NCBI GenBank assembly: GCA_050273025.1
Contig: CP158636.1
Location: forward strand, 9,610,001 to 9,674,000
Reading direction: 5' to 3'
DNA length: 64,000 nucleotides
Origin: Cenococcum geophilum
Lineage: Eukaryota
Each line of letters begins with the position of its first letter. The first letter of the stretch is position 1. The notes beneath the pieces were generated by a model. The model saw nothing but the letters and a program-made list of their open reading frames with translations. It was not told the DNA's origin and ran no database searches. The translations under genes were made by a program, and so were the position numbers. Shown one piece after another: positions 11,059 through 22,528 of this stretch.

Positions 11059-13513
11059 ATGGCAAACGCGCAGCTATCTCCACCTGGTAGCAGTGTCTAC
11101 TCTTCAGACACCATGTACGTGGGAGACGGAACATGGGACTCGTCAAGGAACACTTTCCTCCTACCGAACCTGCAAGGCTTGAATCTTGCTACTACACAAT
11201 ACAATGGTGAGCGAACCCAGACCACCCATATAATCGCGCTTGATTTTAACTTGTTCCAGGCATGGGCAATCGATTCCGCGACATGGCTGGCTACCACTCC
11301 ATCATCAAAGGCCACGGCATTGTCGCAGCTATAACCTTCCTTGGCATCGTCCCTACCGCTATATTTGTCGCTCGATTTTATCATCGAAGTGGCCACCTCG
11401 CTCTACGACTCCATATATGGCTACAAATTCTTACAGTTGCTTTAGCTACTGTCATATTCGTGTTAGGGTGGTTGGCTGTGGGTCCTAAAAGAGCTTTGAC
11501 GAATCCACACCATGGGATAGGGCTAGCAATTTATGTCGCAATTCTCGTACAAGCCACCGGAGGATGGTGGGTGCATAAACGCGAAAAGGGAAGAGAGAGG
11601 TATAGGGCTCCTCTTAAATTGGTTGTAAGTAAACACTATCCCCAAAGCTGAAATCATAGCTAAGTATATCGCAGTTACATCAATGGCTTGGCCGAGCTAT
11701 TGCAATTCTCGGATTCATTCAGGTAGCCCTCGGTCTAACGCTATACGGGTCCCCGAAAGTACTGTTCATTTTATATGCTCTATGGGGTTCTATTCTGTTC
11801 TGCGTCTATTTCGCTTTTAACTTCATAAACCGCCCAATGATAGGCTTCGATGAGGAAGGGACTTACATCAGTGAGCGCACAGATAGAAGCGGTCGTAGCC
11901 GACGCAGCCGTCGCAGCCATCGCGGCCCCGGACTAGGAGCTTTGGCAGCAGCTGGCGCTGCAGGCGCCGGTCTATCCGCATTACGGAGGCGATCACGCAG
12001 CCGTAGACGACACAGCGAAGGCGGGCAGGACGTGATCAGTTCACGCCACAGCTCACACCATTCAGAATCTTTTGTAGATGATGAAAAATACACTGAAGAT
12101 GGACATGGGCAGAATACATGGAGGGAGCGCCTCTTTGGTGCTGCTACTGCTGCAGGCGCGATAGCAGGTGTCAGGGCGCTTTTTAACCGCAACAAGCGTC
12201 GAGACGACGAGAGTGAAGTTAGCTACGGTCAACACATCGGTGGCACGACAACCATCACCCAGACCGACCTTAGCAGAATAGAGGAGGGTCGAGCACCAGA
12301 ATCTCCAGCAAACGACAGATGGCGCCGCGCTCAGGAGGCAGCAGCCGTTGGAAGCCCCCTCCGTCAGAGTCACAGGCCACGAAGAAGCGGAGAATCTATT
12401 GGCTCATCTGATAGTCGGACGAGCTTCAGCGGTGATGCAGCTAGACCGGAGAACCATGGACTCAAAGACGGCATTGCAGCTCTCGGGCTTGCTGGATTCA
12501 TCAAACACAAGTTCAACTCACGAAGAAATCGGAAAGAAGAACAGCGAGTGGTAGGTCTCCATGAACAGGAGCTGGAGGATGAGCGCATTGCTCGACGTAA
12601 CAGTCAACGACGACGCTTCACAGGGGATGGATCAGCACCACCACGGAGGAGCGGCCGCCGGGGTTCGTCCACTATTGATGATAGCACAGACATCTCCGGC
12701 ACCAATCCTGCACTCTCACGCCACACTATCATTCCGCCTCCGCCCCCCATGAACCTTGGAAGCAGAACAAATGTGACCACTGCAGAGACAACCACTTCGA
12801 ATGTCCCAATGCCACCCGCGCCTCTAGACCCTCAAGGAATACTTCATGACTCAGGGTCCGAAGCGTACGCCTCAGCTGGGGGCGGCCAGCATCATCGCCA
12901 CCAGCTCGGTCGGGATGCTGCATTAGCTGCTGGAGCTGGGGCAGCGGCTGGAGCCGCAGCAGCCAATCGTGACACGAGTCGACAGCGTAGTAGCAACGGT
13001 AGCGTGGCGTCGCCGCCGGTGTCAGTCAAAGTTAAGATGCACAATGACGGCCGTCATGTGACTTTGCGCCGACTAAATGAGGAGGAAGCGGCAGCGGAAC
13101 GAGAGGCCAGGAGACGGGAGCGACAACGAAGACATAGGAACGGCAGCCTGAGTTCGGTCAGCAATGTCGGTGACGATAGGTTCCGGAGAACGGAAACTGC
13201 GGAGGCAGGACCGGCTCGTCCAGCACCTATCCCAATGCCTGAGCCAACAATTCCGGGGCCACTTCCTGGGCCGCCTCCTGGGCCGCCTCCACCTCCAAGC
13301 CACGCCTCCCTGCCTCAAAATGAACTCCATCTTCCACCTCCACCTCCCATCCCAGCGGCTGCTGCAAGCGCAATGAGCACTCCGCCTGGCACAAATCCTT
13401 ATGAAACAGGGACGGACGTAAGTAATTATGATAACAACCGTAGGCGGCGAAGGGCAGAGAGAGCGCAGGCAAAAATAGCAAAAGGTGGTGGAAGGAGCGT
13501 CGAGTTTTCTTAA
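11059..13513 (+). CDS. Cytochrome b561/ferric-reductase-like transmembrane domain protein with a long disordered Arg/Pro-rich tail, ~783 aa; exons 11059-11206, 11260-11624, 11675-13513
   Basis: Two canonical GT-AG introns join three ORFs in frame. Spaced His residues lie in hydrophobic helices (GHGIVA, LHIWLQ, NPHHGIG, LHQWLGR), as typical of b561 heme ligands. Confidence 0.88.
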
Positions 13514-14991
13514 TGCATTTCAGGTTATGCTGGAGAATGAATGAAAAGGTCGGACTGGGTTGATCTTTGATATGCGCAGACGCATTGTTGCGGTGTCGTG
13601 GATTATAACGAGCATGGAAGGGGTTCGGATGGTGTTATTTTCGTCCGACGGGTAGGATGGCGTTTGGTTTCATAACCGTAGGGCTGAGCCGGATGCATTT
13701 GTGTCTTTGCATAAATATGATTGTGAAGATCGTTGCTTCAAGATACGCGATGCAAGCCCGCAAGCCCAGCTCTTGGCGACGTTGTGCCACCTTCGACGCC
13801 AGCAGGTACATCCACCGTAATAATATCCAAGCTGTTTACATGTGTGCCTTCTGCGACTTTTCTGCATGCTAAGCTGCTTATGCGAGAGATCCAACATGAT
13901 AAGTGCTTTCCTACTTCCAACTCTCCCGAGTCCTACTTTCTTTTTGGAGATTCCATGGCCTGGCCAAAGCCGCCAACCCCCCAGCGCGGCAGCAGCCGAT
14001 CCCATGTCCATTTCCAAATTCAACCTGCGTAGTATAGTTTCCTGTGTCCCAGGGGCCAAACGCGTAGCCAAGTCCGTAGAAGGCCCTTTTGTGGAAGGCA
14101 GTGCTGTCTATATATATGTGGCCTGGAACTCTGCTCTTGCAGCCCAGAGATTCTAGTCAAGGATTCGACAGTCCCGATCCGAGAGTTTTGATGAAGAGAG
14201 TGCAATTGAGGACAATTTAAGCTCTTCACAACTCCTCGCAGGACCTATCGCGGTCAGACTCAGCTCAGCTCTAGAGAATCTGGGCCGGTCCGAAATATAG
14301 CTCCCCAAGGCCGCGGACAGTCGAACCATCGACGCTACCATATCCCACCACGACGTCACCACCCCCATTCTATCAGGTCAATCCCATTTCCCTTCTTTGG
14401 GACAGTCGGCGTTGTCATATCTCCGACGCCTGACATTCGCTTTGTCACATACCATTCGTCCACCCAACTGTCCGATGCGGAAATCCAGCCCTGATCCTCG
14501 CCGCAGTATCTGCTCCCTCTATTCATCAGCGTCATATGGACAGAATGTTCCTCGGTTGGCCATTTCGGGAGATTTCCGGCTAGTAAGGACAAATTTCCAA
14601 GCTGGGAGCTGCCCGAGCTTTGCACGCAGTTTCCATGGCTCGCATGTTTCCATGTGGAAAAAGCGTTGACTATCATTTTGTTAGGGCCTCCTCAGCCTAA
14701 CGACGCAATACTAGCCTTTGCAACGCCTCAGCCATTGTGTTCCTGGTCGAAGTTAGTGCTCCACCACCTTCCGGTCTTATCCTAGGGCTGCCACCTGTGG
14801 GTTAGCCGGTCTGGGCAACCAGCAGATGCTAGCAAGTCGTCGGGCAATCGACTGCAAGTACAATGACACAAGCTCTTGCAAATGGCATGCTGGAGCCGAC
14901 TGCAACATCCACATTGACGCGCCTGCTCCCTATGCGAGCCCTTTCGAAGCTTACTGTCTCTGGGAGGATCGCCAGCTATTCATCCCTTACC

Positions 14992-17540
14992 ATGTCATCC
15001 ACCTCAACTCCTGTGAAAAGAGCTTGTGATAGGTTCGTTCAGCGATAAATTCCCACGATGCAATATCTGTCCGGTCTACTCACAAGTTGATATATTAGCT
15101 GCCATCGACGAAAAGTCAGATGCATCGGAGAAGGCACGAATCCGTGCAAAAACTGCATATCAGTTGGCCTGACATGCACCTATAACACCATCCCGCAAAA
15201 GAAGGGTCCAAAGGGCAGCAGAGCCAAAGTACTCTCCCAGCTACGAGAGACACAGCGGCAGTCCCGAATCACTCCTCCCGACAATGGCAGGCCACTCTCC
15301 TCAACCTTCGCCCGCACTCCAGGTCTGTTACCTCGCGGGCTCGTCGAAAGTTGCGTGGAGTTCTTCTTTGGGAACCTGTACCCATCGCAACCCATACTGC
15401 ATCGTCAGCGCATACGGGACACCATCATGGGTATGGAACATTCTGTTGAAGCGTATTGCATGATTGCGGCTCTTTGCGCCTACGTCATGATACAGTCAAA
15501 CATGAGCGTACCGCCAAACGTTGTATTGCACGGGAAAACCCACCAGATTTCGAACATTAGCCTAGGGGTGATGTTGCTAGAAGAATCAGTGCGAATGCGA
15601 AAAGCATATAAGTATATCGAGAACCCATCGCTTTTAACAGTGATAACTTCATTTTTCTTCTTTGGCAGCTACTTCTGTTTGGATAGAGATAATTCGGCCT
15701 GGTTCTATTTACGGGAGGCAACAACGTATGCACAACTACTGGAGATGCATGACGAGGAGACGTATAAAACTGGAGATTCGATAGACTGTTCGAGACGAAG
15801 GCGATTATACTGGGTGCTCTTCGTTGCTGAGAGGTTCGATGTCCTGTGTTTTGTCCAAACAGACATTTTGTCCTTTCTAACTGAGAACTTAGAACATACG
15901 CGCTACACAAGCACCGCTCCACAACTCTACACGCAACGATAAACCTACCGACCGTCGAAGAGGACCCATCAGAAGGAATTCAGATATCCGGCTTTATCCA
16001 GCTCGTGAATCTCTACAAACCATTCAATGACACCTTTATCGGATTGTGGAACAAAGTCCACACCGACTGCAACCCATCTTGGCTCGCTCAACTGCAAAGC
16101 CAGCTTTCCGAAGCCCTACCCACGTACTTGGAAAGCACAGAAACGCAAGCGGTAGATTTGAGGATCACGCAGCACTGGCTCAGGACGATGGTCTGGCAGC
16201 TGTGCGTCAGCCACGGGTTCGTGAGCAGCATGGCGACGGACAACGCCATGAAGTTCGAATACCCGATCGAGATATCGCGGGACTTGCTCTCCACGACGCG
16301 CCAGTTCTCGCAGCAGGCGATGGAGGTGCACGGAGTTGGACTCGTAAGCCCTCCAGTCCTTCCAAATCCCAATATCCCTTCTACCCCCTACAGCCATCTC
16401 CGTTTGTCCCTTAACGATCGACCCACTTCCCCAAGCCATTTTCGTATAATTAATCTATTTGACTTTTCCCACACGCCCCTCTACCTCACTGACACCCGAC
16501 AGATTGAGAAGCTCTTCGACATAGCGTGCTGCCTGACGGACGTAATTGCCTGTATCCCCTTCTCGCCCTTGACCTTCTCGCTCGGGCCGCAAGACTACCT
16601 CTCGCGCTTCCTGACCCACCTTTCCACCCTTCGCAGCGGCCAGACGCGCTACCTCCCGCTGCTCCTCTCGAAAATCAGCGACGTCCTCCCGAACCCGTCC
16701 CTCCCGCCATCGCTACAGCAGCAGCAGCAACAGCAACAGGAACAACTCCAGCAGCAACGACAACTACAGCAACACCCCACCTCCGCCCTCCTCACCACGC
16801 CAAGCGTCAGCCCCTCCCCAGGCCCCGACCCGACCCTCCTCCGCCTGCCCTCGCGTCCGCAGCCCTCCTTCTCCTCATCCTCCTCTTCACCCTCCTTCTC
16901 CTCATCCTCCTCCTCCTCCTCCTCCTCCGCCGCCGCCGCCGCCGCCGCAGCAGCAGCACCTTCGCTCCTCCCCCCCTCTTCCCGCATCGACGACCTGGCA
17001 CTCTACGCCGATGCGGTCCCGTACGCCGACTCGGTCCACTCGTCCGCGCCCTCCTCGGACGAGGCGACGCCGGGCCCGGGCTCCTTCGAGACCGACCTCG
17101 CCGCTGCCGCCGCTGCGCACCACCACTACCACCACCACCATCACCACGGGCTGGGCTACGGATTGCAGTCAGCCATGGGGTATGCGTACGGCGTGGGTGT
17201 GGGTGTGGGTGTGGGCGTGGGGTTTGCAGGACAGGAGGCGCAGGTCCAGGTACAGGCGTCGGGGCAGGGGATGTATGAGCGGGCGATGGAGGCGCAGCGG
17301 CGGGCGCAGGGGGAGATGGAGATGGATCCACCCCTGGCCCCCTCGCTCTTTACGGCCAGCAGAAGTCGAACTCGCCCCAGGAGGACCGCTGCGGGCTCCA
17401 TGTCCGGAGCTCTAGTGCACAGCCAGTCTGGCATCGAGGTTGCCACGTGGGGTTCGATTACGCCGGGTAATTGGAAAAGTCGGGGAAATGATCTTCAGAG
17501 AGAAGGGATGGAAGGGAAAAAACACTTGGCAGCTTCTTAG
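14992..17540 (+). CDS. Zn(II)2Cys6 fungal transcription factor (AmyR/MalR/Suc1-like) with fungal-specific TF middle domain; exons 14992-15032, 15099-15833, 15893-16343, 16503-17540
   Basis: Spliced N-terminus reads KRACDSCHRRKVRCIGEGTNPCKNCISVGLTC...KKGPKG; middle-homology motif RRRLYWVLFVAER; three GT-AG introns. The low-complexity C-terminal end is less certain. Confidence 0.9.
16714..17221 (+). repeat. Coding microsatellites in the TF (poly-Q, poly-S, poly-A, poly-H, (GV)n)
   Basis: CAG/CAA, TCC, GCC/GCA, CAC and GGTGTG runs are visible in the last exon. Confidence 0.9.
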
Positions 17541-19941
17541 GGCACGACATGCTGAGAGATCGGGTAGGTTCCGAGTCCGTGGGTCGGGCAGGATTTGGAA
17601 TGCAGGTGAAATATTGGGTAGGCATTAATAGTATCCTTTGCAACGGTACAATTCGTCCTACGGTTGTCGATAAGATCTAGTCTAATAGAACAAATCGGAT
17701 TAAATTGGGATGCCCAATTGTTATTTTGCTAGTGCACGGATCACTCGATGGTAGGACGCTACCATTTCACGGGATACCCTTTTTGAGCTAGAGACCGCAG
17801 GAATAGGCACGAGGAACAGAATAGAAAAATCGGCTAAATTAAAAGAAAAAAGCCAAAAAAAATTGGGAAAACGCGCGGACCGAAATAGGTTTAGGCTTAG
17901 CACGCGAATGTAAAGTGAATCGATTCACGAAACCAATGCTCGATGAAAGCGATAGCGGAGTGCGTTTCCTAGGCGGGTAGAGCAGAGCAGCTACTACTTC
18001 TCTGGCCTGATGATGAGTGCTCAGACCTTCTCAGCCTCGCCACGCGAATCTTTGTCGCACAGATGAAAAGATCTGTGTATCGCGTGGTTGAGGTTACACT
18101 ATAGCGCGCACGGATAATCAGGGATAAGAGCCGCCTGCCGGTGGAGGCTTGGGCCCAGTTGCAAAGCCGACGTAATTTTAGGTCTTTAGTATGTTGGGAT
18201 GGCGGTGGAGGGTATGTAGCATGGATTTGATATTCTGGCTGCGATGCTTGGCGGGATGTTTGGGGAGGGTGACTGACGCAGGGGTGCAAATCGCCTTCTC
18301 CACCTGGATTAGAGCCGTCTGCTATATCTGAAACTCAAGGTTGGCCATGAGTGCGACTCCTGGGAAGGTTCCTGAGCGAATGAGCGAGGTCGGAGATCGA
18401 CCCTACGAGGAACATAGCGTAGATCAAATCTTTTCCCAGGGGTTCTGTGATGAAATAGATAACAAGGCGCAGTTGTCGACATTGCATGGTGCGTCCTACT
18501 TGGAGATAATGAAACGTGGACCGGAGGTCTACAGCACCGTCATGGAAGAGAAGTCGTCGATGGAGTAAGCCGCAGTTCAGATATCCCGTCTGTTTTTCCG
18601 CAGGAACGGTGCAAGCAACGGCGTCACCTTATTAGCCAATCATTTCCCATATGACCAGACGGCTGTTCGGTAGGGACGTGGTTGGCTCCTTGTCGACGGT
18701 CGACATACTTCATGACGGGTGAAAGAGACTGAGGCCTTGTACGCCTTGGTCACGACTCAGATGACAAGTGTTTTGTGGCTTGGCTCCGTCATTCGAGCCG
18801 CTTCCATTTGGCTAGGTAGTTACCACGGCTGACGGGCTTTCCGTCTTGCTGGAAGGTGGAAGGTGGTAGGTCCTGATGGCATTCATCGGTGTTGTGTATT
18901 TTCTGGTAGGCTAGGAGATATTCCCTTTCAAGCATCATGAGCTGGAACGCCGGCACGGATGAGAAACCTTCATTCAACCGTCATGGCACAATCATCACCC
19001 CCGTCTCGAGGCACATTGACCATCCAATTTTCAATACGATAAGACGGTTCTGGAATCTTGGCTGGTTAGCGTTGAATTCAATCATCAGTGGCAGCAAGGA
19101 TGATTAGGGTGGTTAGCGTGGTAGATTTGTCAGAGTTGTTTGGGTTGTTGGGTCATTGAACAGCCACCACGACCCTGAAAATGGAAGGGAGGAGCGTGGT
19201 TCGATCGGCAAGATGTGGTAGGATGTGACAGGATGTGACGTTCTAGCGGCCTTCCAGAGACCTTCTGACATGGTAGTTCCTAGCCCACGTTAGACGGAGG
19301 GCGGGGAACGCCATTTTTTTAATGCAAATGCAATTTGCCATGGTGAATCGGGTGTGTTAATTGTTAGTAGAGTATTCATGCACGTCGTGTGGTGCTCAGA
19401 GATGCTGGCCGTGGTTCCCCGTGATGCTCGGTGCCTCTATGATGCCTAGGTGGTCGTGGTGGACTGGCCCGGACGCAAATAGTCTAAAGTTTATTCCCCC
19501 GTGGCGTGATAAGACCCGGGGGACCGTTGGTACGTGCACTACACACACGTGCGGGCATACTGCTCCTTATCACTAACCAGTTCTCTACCGAGGGTCTAAG
19601 GGCTTATGGGCGCCGTTTTAGTAGTAGCGGAGCTTTAAAATACACCAAAAAGTAGCCCTTTTACCGCCGTATATCGACCTTTTTATAACGTCCAGTTATT
19701 TAAAAATACTATCCCTTGCACCGTAAGGTTGTGGCCCGTGCGAGCAACACTGAAATCCGTCCTTGTCGTCAAATAAGGCTGTAAATATATAGAATATAGT
19801 TAATCCTTAGTATTTACTTGTGCTATATAAGTCTTTAGTAATCTACTTATTATTTAAGGCCCTATTTTATAATCCATTTATAAGAGTTATATAATAATAT
19901 TTAATATTCTAAGTAGAATCCTAACTACTTATAAATAATAT

Positions 19942-22095
19942 TGTAAGCTTTGCAGTGTGGGAGAATTGAGTGAACGACTTAATTGTAAATGGAGGTCTAA
20001 AGGGTCTATATATATACATAAGGAAGGTATAGATAATGAGATAAGAAAGGGTTAATTGACCAAGTCATCAACCGAGTTAGTGGTCGAGTTAGTGGTCGAG
20101 TTGGTGGCTCGAGTCGGTAAACGAGTCAAGTTGAGCGAGTTGTTGAGTAAGTCAAGGGTAGGCTCAGCAGAGCACCGGTAGTCGGTTACACACCCCCCCA
20201 GATTTAACGGTGTAGTTAAAGCTGTAGAAAACAAAAATAAAGGTAGAGACTATATCAAAATAGGAAATTTGGATACAATTTAGGAGTAATAAAGGGGTTT
20301 AGGGCTTAATAGTTGTCCTTAGCTTTATATCTCTGGATATAGAGCCATATTTAAAGATATGTCCTTTCTAGCCTCTTAAGAGACCGTGTTCAAAAATATA
20401 TCCTCCCCAGCCTCTCAGGAGACTATATTTAAAGAGGTATCCTCTCCAGCCTCTTAGGAGACTGTATTCAAAGAGGAAATCAGATATTAATAATCTTATT
20501 ATTAGCAGCGGTAGTAGGCATCCTCTAGGAAGCCTCCTTTTATACATTCTTAACAGCAGCAGCAAGTCTCTTATATCTCATAAGCTTTTCATTAATTTAT
20601 TGTTGTATTTTCTTATTAGGTACCCACCCATAGGGTCTTAGGCTCTCAATTAGATATTGGCATTCCCGAAATAGGTGTTCTTTACTACAGAGGCATGTCT
20701 TTACTAAAGAGATAGGGGAATTATTTTAAAGTGTTGCAAACGCAGAGTAATTGGCAGTCGTAGTAGTAGGAGCTGCTTGCTGCATGCGGTAGTGCTCCTT
20801 GAATTCCTCAATTAGATCAATGACGGATGGGGCGTCTTCGTCCTTCCGTTCCTTACGAATAAGGTCTACTTCTAGAGCTCCTGCGAAACTAGAAGAAATA
20901 GGTTTAATTGCTCGAACGAAATTATAGTGTGGCCTGTATCCTTATACATCGGGTAGCTTTAATTGCTTAGCAAGCTTATAGACATTTCGCCAGTTATTTA
21001 ACTATTTATTAATACTCTGGTTCGTATTGTAGGCTTTCAAAGCCGTATATTAGATAAGGACGTTATGCTTTTAACCTAAGGTAGTAGGGGCAAGTGCAGT
21101 CTTTAATGCTTAAAGCCGTTCGTGTACCGTATCAAGGCCGTCGATAAGTGGAAGGTAGGCTACCGATGTTAAGCAAACGATATAGTTGCTAATACCGTTT
21201 ATAGCCTATTTTTGCTTCTCGTATATACGCAGATCATCTTTATATTTAGCGTAGAGCTGGTTATAGGCGGTGAGCTAGGTAGGGTCTAGCTTTGCTATCG
21301 ATGTAGCCGTAGGTAGTATGTCCCTTGGTGTAGGTCAATTCGGTAATTCTAGCTTTAGAAGCTTGTCTTTCTTTTTAGATGGGTTAATATACTGCCATAC
21401 CTCGTTGGTTTTAGCTGTGTCTTAAATAATAAAGAACTATTAGATCCAATCAGATGGCTTATCAAGGATAAGGTTAATTTTTAATTTAGTAGAGGTCGTC
21501 ATTTTTGGAATTTTAACAGGTTAGGCAGGGTCTAAGTTAGGGTCCAATTAGCGTCTTGGCAGAACCTTATTTTAACATTCCAAAGCTTTAATTTAATTCA
21601 TTAGTTCGTTTATTAGTCAGGTTTAATTGTCCGTCAGCGTCAATCGTCCGTTCGTTTAATATTTAAAGGTAATCACGAGTACAAGAGCGATACCCAAAAA
21701 AAGCTCGAAACACTTATAAAGGTAGAAGAAGTAGTAACTTCTTTAAATAAGGTAGTAGATTGATTAACAGATGGTGCAGCAGGTAATGCGATTTAGGTAA
21801 TTGCTCAGCAGGCAGTGCGATCCGGGCTCATAACTGTAAGCTTTGCAGTGTGGGAGAATTAAGTGAACGACTTGATTGTAAATGGAGGTCTAAAGGGTCT
21901 ATATATATACATGAGGAAGGTATAGATAATAAGATAAGAAAGGGTCAATTGACCGAGTCATCGACCGAGTCAGTGGTCGAGTCAGTGGTCGAGTCAGTGG
22001 TCGAGTCGGTGGCTCAAGTCGGTGAACGAGTCAAGTTGAGCGAGTCGTTAAGTGAGTCAAGGGTAGGCTCAGCAGAGCACCGGTAGTCGGTTACA
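19942..22095 (-). mobile_element. Gag-only non-autonomous Copia-type LTR element, 2154 bp
   Basis: LTRs 19942-20190 and 21835-22095 (TGTAAG...GGTTACA); TSD AATAT on both sides. The minus strand has PBS-like GTTATGAGCCC and PPT TGGGGGGGTG. De-RIP gag reads LILDKPSDWIQW...VWQYINP and CLCGKEHLFREC. Confidence 0.92.
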
Positions 22096-22218
22096 AATAT
22101 TATCTAATTGGTTAAGCTTGGGCCACTAAATTAAGGTATAGAATAATGGTGTAAGGAATAAGGTACAAGCTCTTTAGTGCAATGGGTTATACTTTAGAGA
22201 TACTACTTAGTAGCTAGC

Positions 22219-22528
22219 TATAAGGGCGTAAAGAGGCTTTAGGGCAGATTCGAAGGAATAATATATATTCTATCTAAATCTATAGGTATAGCTCTTGTAG
22301 AGAATAAGGCGTTGCGTAAAGAAGAGAAAGGAATAACAAGAGAATTATATAATTAAATAGTCAGGGGCTTAGTGGTCGATGCGTGCGTATATACGCACGC
22401 GGTCTTTGACGGACTTTAGTAAAATTTAATTAATCTAGTAGAATTTGGCAGAAGTTAATTAAGCTAGCGAAATTCGGTAGAATTTGGTTAAAGCGTCGGA
22501 ATTTATCTATCGAGTATTTTACTAAGAT
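22219..22528 (-). mobile_element. Truncated LTR in reverse orientation, same family as the 22529-22833 LTR
   Basis: Reverse complement of ~22560-22833, with transition differences and indels. Confidence 0.85.

Noticed and set aside
10550..11182. 210-aa ORF upstream of the b561 gene
   Set aside because: Non-ATG start, overlaps the promoter/5' UTR and exon 1 in another frame, and has no recognisable motif.
11863..13481. Several antisense or alternate-frame ORFs
   Set aside because: Shadows of the GC-rich third exon of the b561-domain gene.
13657..14990. Cluster of short ORFs between the two genes
   Set aside because: No coherent splice structure or domain; consistent with intergenic and promoter DNA.
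16046..17446. Many overlapping ORFs rich in Arg/Gly/Glu
   Set aside because: Shadows of the GC-rich, microsatellite-containing TF exons.
17969..19576. Short ORFs (e.g. 18341-18568) as a possible gene relic
   Set aside because: No motif or convincing gene model could be supported.
20052..22086. ORFs 20052-20234 and 21850-22086
   Set aside because: They lie within LTRs and derive from the 12-bp LTR tandem repeat.
19790..22218. Host sequence around the gag-only element as a possible DUF3505-like gene
   Set aside because: Too RIP-eroded; the resemblance rested on only a few residues.
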